The position numbers were made by a program, and so were the translations under genes. The notes beneath the pieces are model-generated. The model searched no databases. It was not told the origin of the DNA and worked only from the letters and a program-made list of their open reading frames with translations. From a virus (Duplodnaviria; Heunggongvirae; Uroviricota; Caudoviricetes), in the IMG/VR virus record IMGVR_UViG_3300027708_003081: a stretch of DNA of 64,000 bases, one strand, 5' to 3'. Position 1 is the first letter of the stretch; each line of letters begins with the position of its first letter. Of the stretch, positions 38,760 through 47,709 are shown piece by piece.

Positions 38760-38877
38760 GAAAAAGAAAAAATGTTTAACACCACTCGGCTATCAATTAG
38801 AGTTAATAAAAAAAGAATTACCTGACGAGTATAAGAAGTTAATGGAATTGTTAAGGACAACAAAACAATAGAAAGTT

Positions 38878-39099
38878 ATGAATAATCATTTAGATTTTTG
38901 TAAAAAATATCCTCAAACAATAGAGGGATATGAAGATGGAATGAACTTATTACAGCATCAGATTGATAATAATATAACTCCAGTGGTTGATTATTTTAAG
39001 GTCGGTGAGTTAGTTCAGATGTATAATAATCATCCGGAAGTTTTTATTGAGTATAGAACATTAAAAGAAGATTGGAACAATTTAATTTCACCAAACTAA
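38878..39099 (+). CDS. small hypothetical protein
   Basis: 73 aa; preceded by the same ACAATAGAAAGTTATGAATAA junction. Confidence 0.4.
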   Translation: MNNHLDFCKKYPQTIEGYEDGMNLLQHQIDNNITPVVDYFKVGELVQMYNNHPEVFIEYRTLKEDWNNLISPN

Positions 39100-39132
39100 T
39101 CACAATAACAAAAATAACAAAAATAGAAAGTT

Positions 39133-39516
39133 ATGAATAACGAACAACAACAGATAATTGATAAGGTGTATGAGAATTACTGTAACACTTTAATAGGTTC
39201 AATTACTTTTAGTGAGAGAGGTAAACATTTCAAATCAGATGGACTTGAATTTAATAGCGGATATCCTAATTATGTTCATTACTCACAAGAAGAGTTCATC
39301 AACAAATGTAAAACCGATACAGAGTTCAGTGAAAAGTGGGGATTAAAGATTGAAGAAAGGGAGTTGAGTGAAGGCGAGAGAGGATTATTGTTACAACCTT
39401 TGGGATTAGACCCTTTAACAAAAGAAGGTAGAGATAGATTATGGAAAGAAAATAACCTACCAACCAAACTAATTACAATAACATATAACAATAAAACAAT
39501 AACGAGTTATGATTAA
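39133..39516 (+). CDS. tandem-paralog family B, member 3
   Basis: Near-identical to member 1 over the first ~70 aa. Confidence 0.5.
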   Translation: MNNEQQQIIDKVYENYCNTLIGSITFSERGKHFKSDGLEFNSGYPNYVHYSQEEFINKCKTDTEFSEKWGLKIEERELSEGERGLLLQPLGLDPLTKEGRDRLWKENNLPTKLITITYNNKTITSYD

Positions 39517-40288
39517 AAAACTAGTACATTTTAGCGACTTACATATTAGGTTGTTTAAAGACCACGAACTTTACAAAAAAATATTGGAACAAGCATTCTC
39601 GGAGTGGAAATCAATTGCTCCTGATAGAATTGTATTTACAGGTGATTTAGTTCATAGTAAGAATCAAATGACTCCTGAACTAATTGAGTTTGTTGCTTGG
39701 GTATTAAATGAATGTTCCAAGATTACAAAAACAATTGTAATCATAGGTAATCACGACTTCCTTGAAAATAACGTTCAGAGATTGGATGCCCTCACACCTA
39801 TTATTGATTCATTACAGAATGAGAATGTTGTCTATTTAAAAGACAGAGGTGTATATGAAGATGAGAATGTTAATTGGTGTGTCTATTCATTAGTTCAACA
39901 TAACATTCCCCCCGATATTATGAAATCCGATAAAAAAAATATTGGATTATTTCACGGACCAGTTATTGGATTATCAACAGACATCGGACACAAGTTTGAA
40001 GATGGATTTGATGTTGCCAAGTTTAAAGGTTGTGATTTGGTTTTATGTGGAGATATTCATAAGCGTCAGGTGTTTGATATTCCCGGTAAAAAGAAAGCAT
40101 ATATGATTGGTTCAACCATCCAACAAAACTTTGGTGAGACAATCAAAGCACACGGATATGGTGTATATGAACTTGAAAAGGATGAATATACCTTTATTGA
40201 CTTACCAAACCCTAAACCATTCCTTAAATTTTATATCAATTCAATTGATGCACTTGTTGAAGGAACGGAATCTTTAATTAACTACTAA
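39509..40288 (+). CDS. sbcD: SbcD/Mre11-like calcineurin-type phosphoesterase (nuclease domain only)
   Basis: All five phosphoesterase motifs present: SDLHIR, FTGDLVHS, IIGNHDF, GLFHGPV, CGDIHKRQ. Confidence 0.75.
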   Translation: MIKKLVHFSDLHIRLFKDHELYKKILEQAFSEWKSIAPDRIVFTGDLVHSKNQMTPELIEFVAWVLNECSKITKTIVIIGNHDFLENNVQRLDALTPIIDSLQNENVVYLKDRGVYEDENVNWCVYSLVQHNIPPDIMKSDKKNIGLFHGPVIGLSTDIGHKFEDGFDVAKFKGCDLVLCGDIHKRQVFDIPGKKKAYMIGSTIQQNFGETIKAHGYGVYELEKDEYTFIDLPNPKPFLKFYINSIDALVEGTESLINY

Positions 40289-40911
40289 TGGAAATTAAAC
40301 TCAACCTATCTAATACAGAACACAAAGAACTTGTTTCTTATTGTAATCTTAATGACTTATTGATTAGTGAAGTAGTCAAGAAATCCTTTACAACTGGTTT
40401 CAATATTGAAAGATATGGATTACTTTCAGGGAGTGATGAAGTGGTAGAGAAAGTAGTGGAAAAGATTGTGGAGAAAAGAGTTGAGATTCCGGTGGAGATT
40501 GAGAAAGAAGTTATAAAGATAGAGTATGTAGAAGTGATTAAAGAGGTTATAAGGGAGGTTGAGAAGATAGTTGAAGTTCCTGTGGAGGTAATCAAAGAAG
40601 TTGAAAAAATCGTCTATAATGAGGGTGAGGTTATAGAAGTAATCAAGGAAGTTCCCGTGGAAGTAATAAAGGAAGTAGAGAAAATTGTTGAGGTTCCTGT
40701 TGAAGTTATAAAAGAAGTTATTGTGGAGAAAGAACCTGACGATACAAAACTCAAAGCATTAGAACAAACCTTACATAAACTCAAATCAGAGAATATTGAT
40801 AAGGATAAAAAAATTAGAGAATTAGAACAAACAATAAACAATATTCAGTTTAACCAAAAAAACTCGGCAACATATTTGAGGGGTTCAAACTTGAATGATA
40901 AACTTTTTTAA
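40288..40911 (+). CDS. EV-rich tandem-repeat / coiled-coil protein
   Basis: ~9 tandem units of (V)EVIKEVEKIVEVP encoded by a 33-nt DNA tandem repeat; C-terminal heptad-like segment. Confidence 0.5.
   Translation: MEIKLNLSNTEHKELVSYCNLNDLLISEVVKKSFTTGFNIERYGLLSGSDEVVEKVVEKIVEKRVEIPVEIEKEVIKIEYVEVIKEVIREVEKIVEVPVEVIKEVEKIVYNEGEVIEVIKEVPVEVIKEVEKIVEVPVEVIKEVIVEKEPDDTKLKALEQTLHKLKSENIDKDKKIRELEQTINNIQFNQKNSATYLRGSNLNDKLF
40440..40740 (+). repeat. coding tandem repeat (~33-nt unit) inside 40288..40911
   Basis: GAAGTTCC(T/C)GTGGA(A/G)GT(A/T)AT(C/A)AAAGAAGT(T/A)GA(G/A)AAAAT(C/T)GT reiterated. Confidence 0.7.
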
Positions 40912-40925
40912 ACTATATTTTAATT

Positions 40926-41282
40926 ATGACGCAACTTGTATTATGGATGATTATGGCTTACGGATTAAGCAACATCGTCGTTTATTCAAAAATCTTCTCA
41001 GGAGTTAGAAAAATCTTCTCAGAAATGGCAGAAATGCCACTACCAATGATTCAATCAATAGGTAAGTTTTTACAAGGTATGACTTCCTGTATGATGTGTT
41101 TTGGTTTCCATTGCGGTTGGTTTTTAGCACTTTTAGTGTATTCACCTGTACACGAATTACTTGGAGTTAGTTCTTGGTATTCTTGGTTCTTTGATGCGTT
41201 TTTAGCATCAGGGGCGGTATGGGCAATCAACTCAATTATAGAATGGTTTGAGCAAAACAGACCTAGTAACAATCAAATATAA
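40926..41282 (+). CDS. multi-pass membrane protein
   Basis: 118 aa with four hydrophobic helices. Confidence 0.45.
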   Translation: MTQLVLWMIMAYGLSNIVVYSKIFSGVRKIFSEMAEMPLPMIQSIGKFLQGMTSCMMCFGFHCGWFLALLVYSPVHELLGVSSWYSWFFDAFLASGAVWAINSIIEWFEQNRPSNNQI

Positions 41283-41287
41283 AAATT

Positions 41288-41452
41288 ATGGCAAAGTCAA
41301 AACAAAGAAAAGGACACAAACAAAAAATTGCAACAAGAAACAAAATCGCAAAGGCCCAACAAAAAATGTTTCAAGAACAAATGATGAGACAACTTGAAGA
41401 GTTGAAAAAGAAATTTGCTGCAGAATCAGGAACAACACAAAACCCCGAATAA
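41288..41452 (+). CDS. small highly basic protein (54 aa)
   Basis: MAKSKQRKGHKQKIATRNKIAKAQQKMFQEQMMRQLEELKKKFAAESGTTQNPE; stop overlaps the SbcC-like ATG (TAATG); below track cutoff. Confidence 0.3.
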   Translation: MAKSKQRKGHKQKIATRNKIAKAQQKMFQEQMMRQLEELKKKFAAESGTTQNPE

Positions 41453-43830
41453 TGAAATGGGATTTATTCAATCCAAAACCAGAATTTAATACAAAAACTA
41501 TGGCACACAAATTAGATGTCTCAACATTAGACAATCCCTACATTCAGGTTATTTGGGAAGACACCCCCGAGAATTTCACGCAGGAGAGAATCAAATCGGT
41601 GAAACAATATTTCCAAAAGAAATATGCGTCCAACAACATTAATGTAATCACAAAGGTTAAAACAACGGATGACGTTCAGCAAACCATAGATGTTTCTGTA
41701 AACATTATGGATAAGAACTATCAAAGAGAGTTAGTTAGAAGTTTGGTTGAAGCCAAAGGACACGAAAACTTACTTGATAGTGTTATGAATATTGACTCGG
41801 CGGTTGAATCAAGAATGATTACAGATGAAGTTGAAATTTCTCCATTCAAGAAGTGGTATATCAAAAAGATTGAATTTAGCAACTTCTTATCTTATGGTGA
41901 GAACCAAGTGATTGATTTTGAGAAATGTAATGGTATTACCGTAGTTGAGTCAGACCCCCCTAATTTCGGGGGTAAGACAGTCCTGAGTGTGGATTTGCTT
42001 ATGTTCTTATTTTTCAATACAACCACCAAGACACAGAAGGCGGAGGAGATATTTAATAGATTCTCCGACAGCAACAAAGTAAGTGTAAAGGGTGAGATTA
42101 CAATTGATGGTGAGGATTATATCATCGCCAGAAGTATTGAAAGAAAGAAGAACAAAGCCGGAGAATGGAACGTCAAGAGTGAACTTGATTTCTTTAAAAA
42201 ACTTGCTGACGGACAACTTCAAAACTTCACAGGAGAACAGAGGAGAGAAACAGAGAACTTCATCAAAAATTCCATCGGGAATATGGATGATTTTCTTATG
42301 ACGATTCTAACAACCGCATCCAATCTTGAAGATTTAATTGAAGCAAAACCAACGGCAAGAGGACAGGTTTTATCAAGGTTCCTTGGACTTGAATTTATCA
42401 AGAAGAAGGAAGAAACCGCAAAAGAAATCTATTCGGAGTTCTCAAAGGGAATGATGTCTAATGTCTATAACACCGAGTCGTTGAGACAACAGAACGAGTC
42501 CTCAAAGGAGGAAATTAAAACTTTGGAAAGTGAGATTGAAAACGCCGACAAGCAGATTGTGGACGTGGACAACAGGTTAAAGAAGGGACAGGATTACAAG
42601 GACGGACTTATCGGTTCCAAGTATACAGACCTAGACCAAGAGTTGGTTATATTAAATCCTGATACACTTAAAACACAAATCTCAGGGGCAGACAGCACAA
42701 TCAAAGACCTTGAAAGAAACATCCAATCCGTTGATGTTGTTGAACCAAAGAAGTATTACCACGAAGACAAGCACGATGAGGTTAAAGAGAAACTTCTTAA
42801 CACCAAACTTGATAAGAACAGAGCTTGGGACAAGGTGGAAGATATCTCTGATATGGTTACCAAGTATGGTGATGGGATGCAGTGTCAACACTGTGGCATT
42901 AAGTTAATGGAAGCGGAACTCACAAAGAAGAAAATCTCTGAACTCGGAGAGTGGAAAGAGAAACACAATAGTTTAAGTGATGATGTTACAAAACTTGAAT
43001 TGGAAGAGAAATCATTTGTTGAACTCAAAAATGAATTTGATAAGTATGAGAAAAACAAACTCATTAAAGAGAAGTATGAGATTAGTCTTGAAAGTGCCGT
43101 AAATAAGAAACAACAACTTGAAGATAAGTTGGGAAGATACGAGAAGGTCCAAGAGAAAATCAAAAAGAATAATGAGATTGAAGCTCAACTTGTTAAGGCA
43201 AATATGAGAATAAACGAACTGATTGATGAGAAGAGAAGTTATGACAGAATTAAAGTTTCTAATCAACTCAACATCAAAAATCACACCGAGAGAATTGAAA
43301 AGAACAATGAGATTATCACGATGATTGCAGAAGAGTTTGAGAGAGAAAAAGTTTATAAAATCTATATGGATGTGTTCGGAAAGAACGGGATATCCAAGAT
43401 GATTATGAAAACTATGATGCCTCTAATCAATCAGGAACTTCAAAGGCTTCTTATGGATTCTTGTTATTTCAATTTAGAGATTAGAATTAGCGACAAAAAT
43501 GAAGTTGAGTTTATGATGATTGATAACTCAACAGGTATTGAGAAACTGATGGCGTCAGGTTCGGGGTATGAGAGGACAATTGCAAGTATGGCTTTAAGAG
43601 CTGTATTAAGTAAGGTTTGTTCTTTACCAAAACCAAATATCATAGTGTGGGACGAAGTGTTCGGTAAGGTTAGTAATGAGAACCTTGATATGGTTGGAGA
43701 GTTTTTCAATAAAATGAAGGAGTATTTTGAGAAAATCTTTGTAATCACACATAACCCGCTTGTTAATAATTGGGCGAATAATGTGGTTAAGATTAGTAAA
43801 GTAGACAATATTAGTAGAGTAAAACAATAA
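41452..43830 (+). CDS. sbcC: SbcC/Rad50-like ATPase
   Basis: N-terminal P-loop DPPNFGGKTVL; long central coiled coil carrying a CxxC zinc-hook (MQCQHCG); C-terminal signature-like ASGSGYERTIASMAL and Walker B IIVWDEVFG. Confidence 0.7.
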   Translation: MKWDLFNPKPEFNTKTMAHKLDVSTLDNPYIQVIWEDTPENFTQERIKSVKQYFQKKYASNNINVITKVKTTDDVQQTIDVSVNIMDKNYQRELVRSLVEAKGHENLLDSVMNIDSAVESRMITDEVEISPFKKWYIKKIEFSNFLSYGENQVIDFEKCNGITVVESDPPNFGGKTVLSVDLLMFLFFNTTTKTQKAEEIFNRFSDSNKVSVKGEITIDGEDYIIARSIERKKNKAGEWNVKSELDFFKKLADGQLQNFTGEQRRETENFIKNSIGNMDDFLMTILTTASNLEDLIEAKPTARGQVLSRFLGLEFIKKKEETAKEIYSEFSKGMMSNVYNTESLRQQNESSKEEIKTLESEIENADKQIVDVDNRLKKGQDYKDGLIGSKYTDLDQELVILNPDTLKTQISGADSTIKDLERNIQSVDVVEPKKYYHEDKHDEVKEKLLNTKLDKNRAWDKVEDISDMVTKYGDGMQCQHCGIKLMEAELTKKKISELGEWKEKHNSLSDDVTKLELEEKSFVELKNEFDKYEKNKLIKEKYEISLESAVNKKQQLEDKLGRYEKVQEKIKKNNEIEAQLVKANMRINELIDEKRSYDRIKVSNQLNIKNHTERIEKNNEIITMIAEEFEREKVYKIYMDVFGKNGISKMIMKTMMPLINQELQRLLMDSCYFNLEIRISDKNEVEFMMIDNSTGIEKLMASGSGYERTIASMALRAVLSKVCSLPKPNIIVWDEVFGKVSNENLDMVGEFFNKMKEYFEKIFVITHNPLVNNWANNVVKISKVDNISRVKQ

Positions 43831-43834
43831 AAAA

Positions 43835-44518
43835 ATGGAAAAAAAAATTAGAGAAGAACTTAAAAAAGTTGATTTAATTCAAGAAGGGCTCAGAATAGTT
43901 GAAAAGAATTTATGCAAATATTTATGGAGAGCATATAAGAATAAGTTAACTATTTCAGAATTATACAAATATGAAGAAACAAACCAAATTACCGGTAAAT
44001 TTACGACAAATGTTTGTGATTATTTTATGCAATGGATTATACTAGAAGGAAATGAATACTTAAAAAGTAAAAATTCTCCTTTACGAATAATTGATAGAAA
44101 AAAACCAATTAAAGAAAAAGGTAAAGAAAAAGAAATGTCTTTTGATATTATCTTTGAATATGATGGAGTGGAGGTAAAGTACGAAATTAAATTTTCACAA
44201 GGAGATAATGTGTTTCAGGGTTCTACTCATGGAAAAAATAAAGTACCAAATTTCATATTAATTCAATTTTCTGCAAATTTAAATAGAATAATTTTAGAAG
44301 ATAATAAAAATATATTGGGGTATGTTTGGGTAGGATGTCTGAATAAAAAACCTGAATTTGACGGAACCCCAACAGAGAAAAGTTCAAGAACAGGATTTTC
44401 ACTTACTAAATATGACTATGATATTGACGAGATGATAGAATTAACTATACTTGGTGATGTAAAACCACAAACCCGCAATTGGAAAAAATGGTGGCTTGTT
44501 GGTGATAAAATTAATTAA
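43835..44518 (+). CDS. hypothetical protein, possible PD-(D/E)XK nuclease
   Basis: FDIIFEYDGVEVKYEIKF contains a D...E.K arrangement; gene abuts the methyltransferase gene. Confidence 0.4.
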   Translation: MEKKIREELKKVDLIQEGLRIVEKNLCKYLWRAYKNKLTISELYKYEETNQITGKFTTNVCDYFMQWIILEGNEYLKSKNSPLRIIDRKKPIKEKGKEKEMSFDIIFEYDGVEVKYEIKFSQGDNVFQGSTHGKNKVPNFILIQFSANLNRIILEDNKNILGYVWVGCLNKKPEFDGTPTEKSSRTGFSLTKYDYDIDEMIELTILGDVKPQTRNWKKWWLVGDKIN

Positions 44519-44528
44519 TAAATTAAAA

Positions 44529-45485
44529 ATGAACAAAATATTTTTAGGGAATTCAATTGAGGTGATGAATAATTTACCTGAAGAATATGTTGATTTGACA
44601 GTAACGTCACCACCATATGATAATTTAAGAACTTATAATGGTAAGATAAAAGATGAGGTTGTTTATGAGGATGGTTTTAGTTTTCCTTTTGTTGAAATGG
44701 CACGTCAATTATATCGAATTACTAAAAAGGGAGGTGTAGTTGTATGGGTTGTTAATGACCAAGTAAAAAATGGCGGTGAAACCGGCAGCTCATTCAAACA
44801 AGCACTTAAGTTTATGGAAATTGGTTTTACATTGTATGATACAATGATTTACCATAAAAATGGTGCACCGTTTCCTGAAACAGGTAGATATTCTCAAGTG
44901 TTTGAATATATGTTTGTTTTTAGTAAGGGTACTCCAAAAACAATTAATTTATTAAAAGATAAACCTAATAGATGGGCGGGACATACAAATTTTGGAGACC
45001 CGTCTAAAAGAGAAAAAGATGGTGGGTTGAAAAAAGTGGATAAATTTGTAATATCGGAATATGGAACAAGATATAATGTTTGGTATATAAACAATGGAAA
45101 AGGATTTTCATCTAAAGATGAAATAGCATTTCAACACCCCGCAATATTTCCTGAATCTTTGGCAGAAGACCATATATTATCTTGGTCTAAAGAAGGCGAT
45201 TTAATTTTGGACCCAATGTGTGGAAGTGGAACTACTTTAAAAATGTCGAAAATTAATAATAGGAATTATTTAGGGATAGATATAAATGAAGAATATGTTA
45301 ATATATCTGAGAAAAGAGTTGAGAATATAATTCCATATACTGAAGAAAATCCAAACCCTAAAACATCTTTTTTATTATCTAAAGAAGATGCATTAGCTAA
45401 AAGAAAAAAAACAGAAAAAACCGAGAAAAAAACAAAAATTCAGAAAAAAATTGAGCAAAAAATAGAACAGCAAAAACTTTTTTAA
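44529..45485 (+). CDS. DNA methyltransferase, beta-class N6-adenine/N4-cytosine type
   Basis: Motif IV TVTSPPYDNL precedes motif I DPMCGSGTT (beta-class order); K-rich tail. Track start 44496 overlaps the upstream gene; ATG at 44529. Confidence 0.8.
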   Translation: MNKIFLGNSIEVMNNLPEEYVDLTVTSPPYDNLRTYNGKIKDEVVYEDGFSFPFVEMARQLYRITKKGGVVVWVVNDQVKNGGETGSSFKQALKFMEIGFTLYDTMIYHKNGAPFPETGRYSQVFEYMFVFSKGTPKTINLLKDKPNRWAGHTNFGDPSKREKDGGLKKVDKFVISEYGTRYNVWYINNGKGFSSKDEIAFQHPAIFPESLAEDHILSWSKEGDLILDPMCGSGTTLKMSKINNRNYLGIDINEEYVNISEKRVENIIPYTEENPNPKTSFLLSKEDALAKRKKTEKTEKKTKIQKKIEQKIEQQKLF

Positions 45486-45498
45486 CTATATTTGTGGT

Positions 45499-46008
45499 AT
45501 GCAAACATTCTTACCATATTCAGACATTAGACAATCGTTAAAAGTATTAGACAACAAAAGACTTGGAAAACAACGAGTAGAAGCTTATCAAATAATAAAT
45601 GCAATCACCGGAAGACCAAAGTTAGACGGAACACCTTACAAAGGATGGATTAACCATCCTTGTTCTGTTATGTGGAGAAAATTTGTTCCGGCACTAAAAT
45701 TTTACTATAATTGTTGTATTGATGAGTGGGTTAGTAGAGGTTTTACCAATACTATGAAGAAAGAAATAATTGATGAAGAAATTGTTTTACCCGATTGGAT
45801 TGGTGTTGAAAGTTTCCATTCATCTCACAGGGCAAATTTATTAAAAAAAGAACCGGAGTTTTATTCACAATACGTATGGACTGAAAATCCTCAGGACCCG
45901 TATGTTTGGTTAGATAAAGACGGAAAATGGTATAAACAACAATCAGGACAAAAAGGTAGAATTTATTTTGAAGAAAAAAGATTTTTATCAAATTGTGTCA
46001 CATTCTAA
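45499..46008 (+). CDS. pyrimidine-dimer DNA glycosylase-like protein (tentative)
   Basis: MQTFLPYSDIRQSLKVLDNKRLGKQRVEAYQI...GWINHPCSVMWRKF...RGFTN resembles the N-terminal pattern of the T4 endonuclease V / Pyr_excise family, as recalled from memory. Confidence 0.4.
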   Translation: MQTFLPYSDIRQSLKVLDNKRLGKQRVEAYQIINAITGRPKLDGTPYKGWINHPCSVMWRKFVPALKFYYNCCIDEWVSRGFTNTMKKEIIDEEIVLPDWIGVESFHSSHRANLLKKEPEFYSQYVWTENPQDPYVWLDKDGKWYKQQSGQKGRIYFEEKRFLSNCVTF

Positions 46009-46019
46009 AAGAGTTTAGT

Positions 46020-46027
46020 TATCTTTG
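46020..46027 (+). promoter_or_regulatory. TATCTTTG -7 box
   Basis: 15 nt upstream of ATG 46042; weak -33. Confidence 0.35.
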
Positions 46028-46041
46028 TAAAAATAAAAAAT

Positions 46042-46557
46042 ATGAAAAAATATCTGTTGACGGTTTTTGGTGATTTTAGTAGTAAAGAAATTATCGCAAG
46101 ATTAGGTAAGGGAATGGCTCCGATTGTTGATTCGCAGCAATTAAAATTTCAATATATAAAAGGGGCAATTGTATTTCACTTTGGTTCTGAAGTAAGCGCT
46201 GATGAAATTTATGATTATGTTGCGGGAATTTTTTATGGTATGTCAGATTCATTCATTCTGACAGAAATGACTGACAAAACGTCAGTTTATATGCCTGACG
46301 ACATTAAGGCACACTTGTTGGATTTGGAAAATGAAAGTGAAGGACTTGACATTAGAATTGAAATACCAAGAATGGGTAAATCAGTTGATGATATGTCAGA
46401 AATGGCGGAAGACTTTGTTAGTTTTTTATTGGAAGAAATGGAAGATGAAATAAAAGTTCCAACTTTGAATCAAATTCTTGATAAAATCAACGAAAACGGA
46501 ATATCTTCACTTTCAGGATTTGAAAAAGAAATACTTGACGAATACAGTAAAAACTAA
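46042..46557 (+). CDS. hypothetical acidic protein
   Basis: 171 aa. Confidence 0.45.
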   Translation: MKKYLLTVFGDFSSKEIIARLGKGMAPIVDSQQLKFQYIKGAIVFHFGSEVSADEIYDYVAGIFYGMSDSFILTEMTDKTSVYMPDDIKAHLLDLENESEGLDIRIEIPRMGKSVDDMSEMAEDFVSFLLEEMEDEIKVPTLNQILDKINENGISSLSGFEKEILDEYSKN

Positions 46558-46566
46558 AATTAAAAT

Positions 46567-47367
46567 ATGAAAGATAAAAATCAGTTAATTCCTATAAATC
46601 AGGAAGAAATCTCGTCTTATTTAAAAGACATTAGAAAACTTAAAGTGATGACACCCGACAGAGAGAGGGAGTTAGCTAAATTAATGTTATCGGGTCGTCT
46701 TGATGATAGCCAGCGTGAAGAAATCAAAAAAGAGTTACTTGAGGGTAATTTGAGGTTTGTGATTACAGTTAGTAAGCAGTATCAAAACCAAGGGTTGGAA
46801 TTATGTGATTTAATCTCTGAAGGTAATTATGGGTTATTAAGGGCGATTGAGAGTTTTGATTGGTCCAAGAACTTAAGATTTATATCTTACGCGGTTTGGT
46901 GGGTTAGACAAGCAATCTTACAGTCTCTTAACGAAAACGCAAGAACCATTAGATTTCCTGTGAATGTGGTTCAAGACTATCAAAAGGCCAAAAAAGAACA
47001 AGATATTACTGGCTTGGATTTACCCGATAAATTTACAAATCTACCTTATACTGTTAATTTAGATAATCCATTAAATGAAGAGGGCGATACACTATTAGAC
47101 GTTATTGTTAATCCAAATGCCGATAGACCTGAGGCGGGATTCTCAACAGAAGAAACTCTTAAAGAAAAGTTAATGTCAATTCTTAACATATTGGATGATA
47201 GAGAAAAAGTTATAATTGAAGACTATTTTGGTTTAACTGGTAGTTCAAGAACTCTTGAAGACATTGGGAATGATTTTGATTTAACTAAAGAGAGAGTCCG
47301 ACAGATAAAAGAGAAGGCACTACGGAAACTTCGGAATGAGTCAAGTATACTTTTTGACTATATGTAA
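46567..47367 (+). CDS. sigma-70 family RNA polymerase sigma factor (regions 2-4)
   Basis: Region 2: LRFVITVSKQYQNQGLELCDLISEGNYGLLRAIESFDWSKNLRFISYAVWWVRQAI. Region 4.2: LEDIGNDFDLTKERVRQIKEKALRKLR. Confidence 0.85.
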   Translation: MKDKNQLIPINQEEISSYLKDIRKLKVMTPDRERELAKLMLSGRLDDSQREEIKKELLEGNLRFVITVSKQYQNQGLELCDLISEGNYGLLRAIESFDWSKNLRFISYAVWWVRQAILQSLNENARTIRFPVNVVQDYQKAKKEQDITGLDLPDKFTNLPYTVNLDNPLNEEGDTLLDVIVNPNADRPEAGFSTEETLKEKLMSILNILDDREKVIIEDYFGLTGSSRTLEDIGNDFDLTKERVRQIKEKALRKLRNESSILFDYM

Positions 47368-47389
47368 TTTATTAATTTAGGGTGTATTT

Positions 47390-47421
47390 ATTAGATACAC
47401 CCTTTATTTTTAAAACAAAAA
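47390..47421 (+). terminator. intrinsic terminator
   Basis: GGGTGTAT-TTATTAG-ATACACCC perfect 8-bp hairpin followed by TTTATTTTT. Confidence 0.65.
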
Positions 47422-47424
47422 ATT

Positions 47425-47709
47425 ATGAAAAAGTTTATTACAGAAAATTTTACAATTATTGTATTGGTAATTGCAGTTCTCACATTATTCAAAAGTTGCG
47501 GAGATTCAAGAGAATTATCAAACATTAAAAAAGAAATTAAATCAATTAAAGATTCAACATACAATAAAAAAGAATTAGGTGTTGAATTAAAGATTATGGG
47601 ACTTGAAGCCGAAAAAAGAATGATTCAAGCCACAGATAGAAAAATTCTTGATGTACAAAGACAAACTCAAATTGAAGAAGAGATAAAAAAATTAAAATCA
47701 AGTAACTAA
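47425..47709 (+). CDS. membrane-anchored coiled-coil protein (spanin-like?)
   Basis: N-terminal TM IIVLVIAVLTLF, then a charged helical segment. Confidence 0.4.
   Translation: MKKFITENFTIIVLVIAVLTLFKSCGDSRELSNIKKEIKSIKDSTYNKKELGVELKIMGLEAEKRMIQATDRKILDVQRQTQIEEEIKKLKSSN

Noticed and set aside
41286-41534. 82-aa minus ORF
   Set aside because: Antisense to the small basic-protein ORF and the start of the SbcC-like gene; hydrophobic low-complexity product.
41527-43827. Ten short ORFs on both strands within the SbcC-like gene
   Set aside because: Nested in a gene with clear P-loop, zinc-hook and Walker B motifs.
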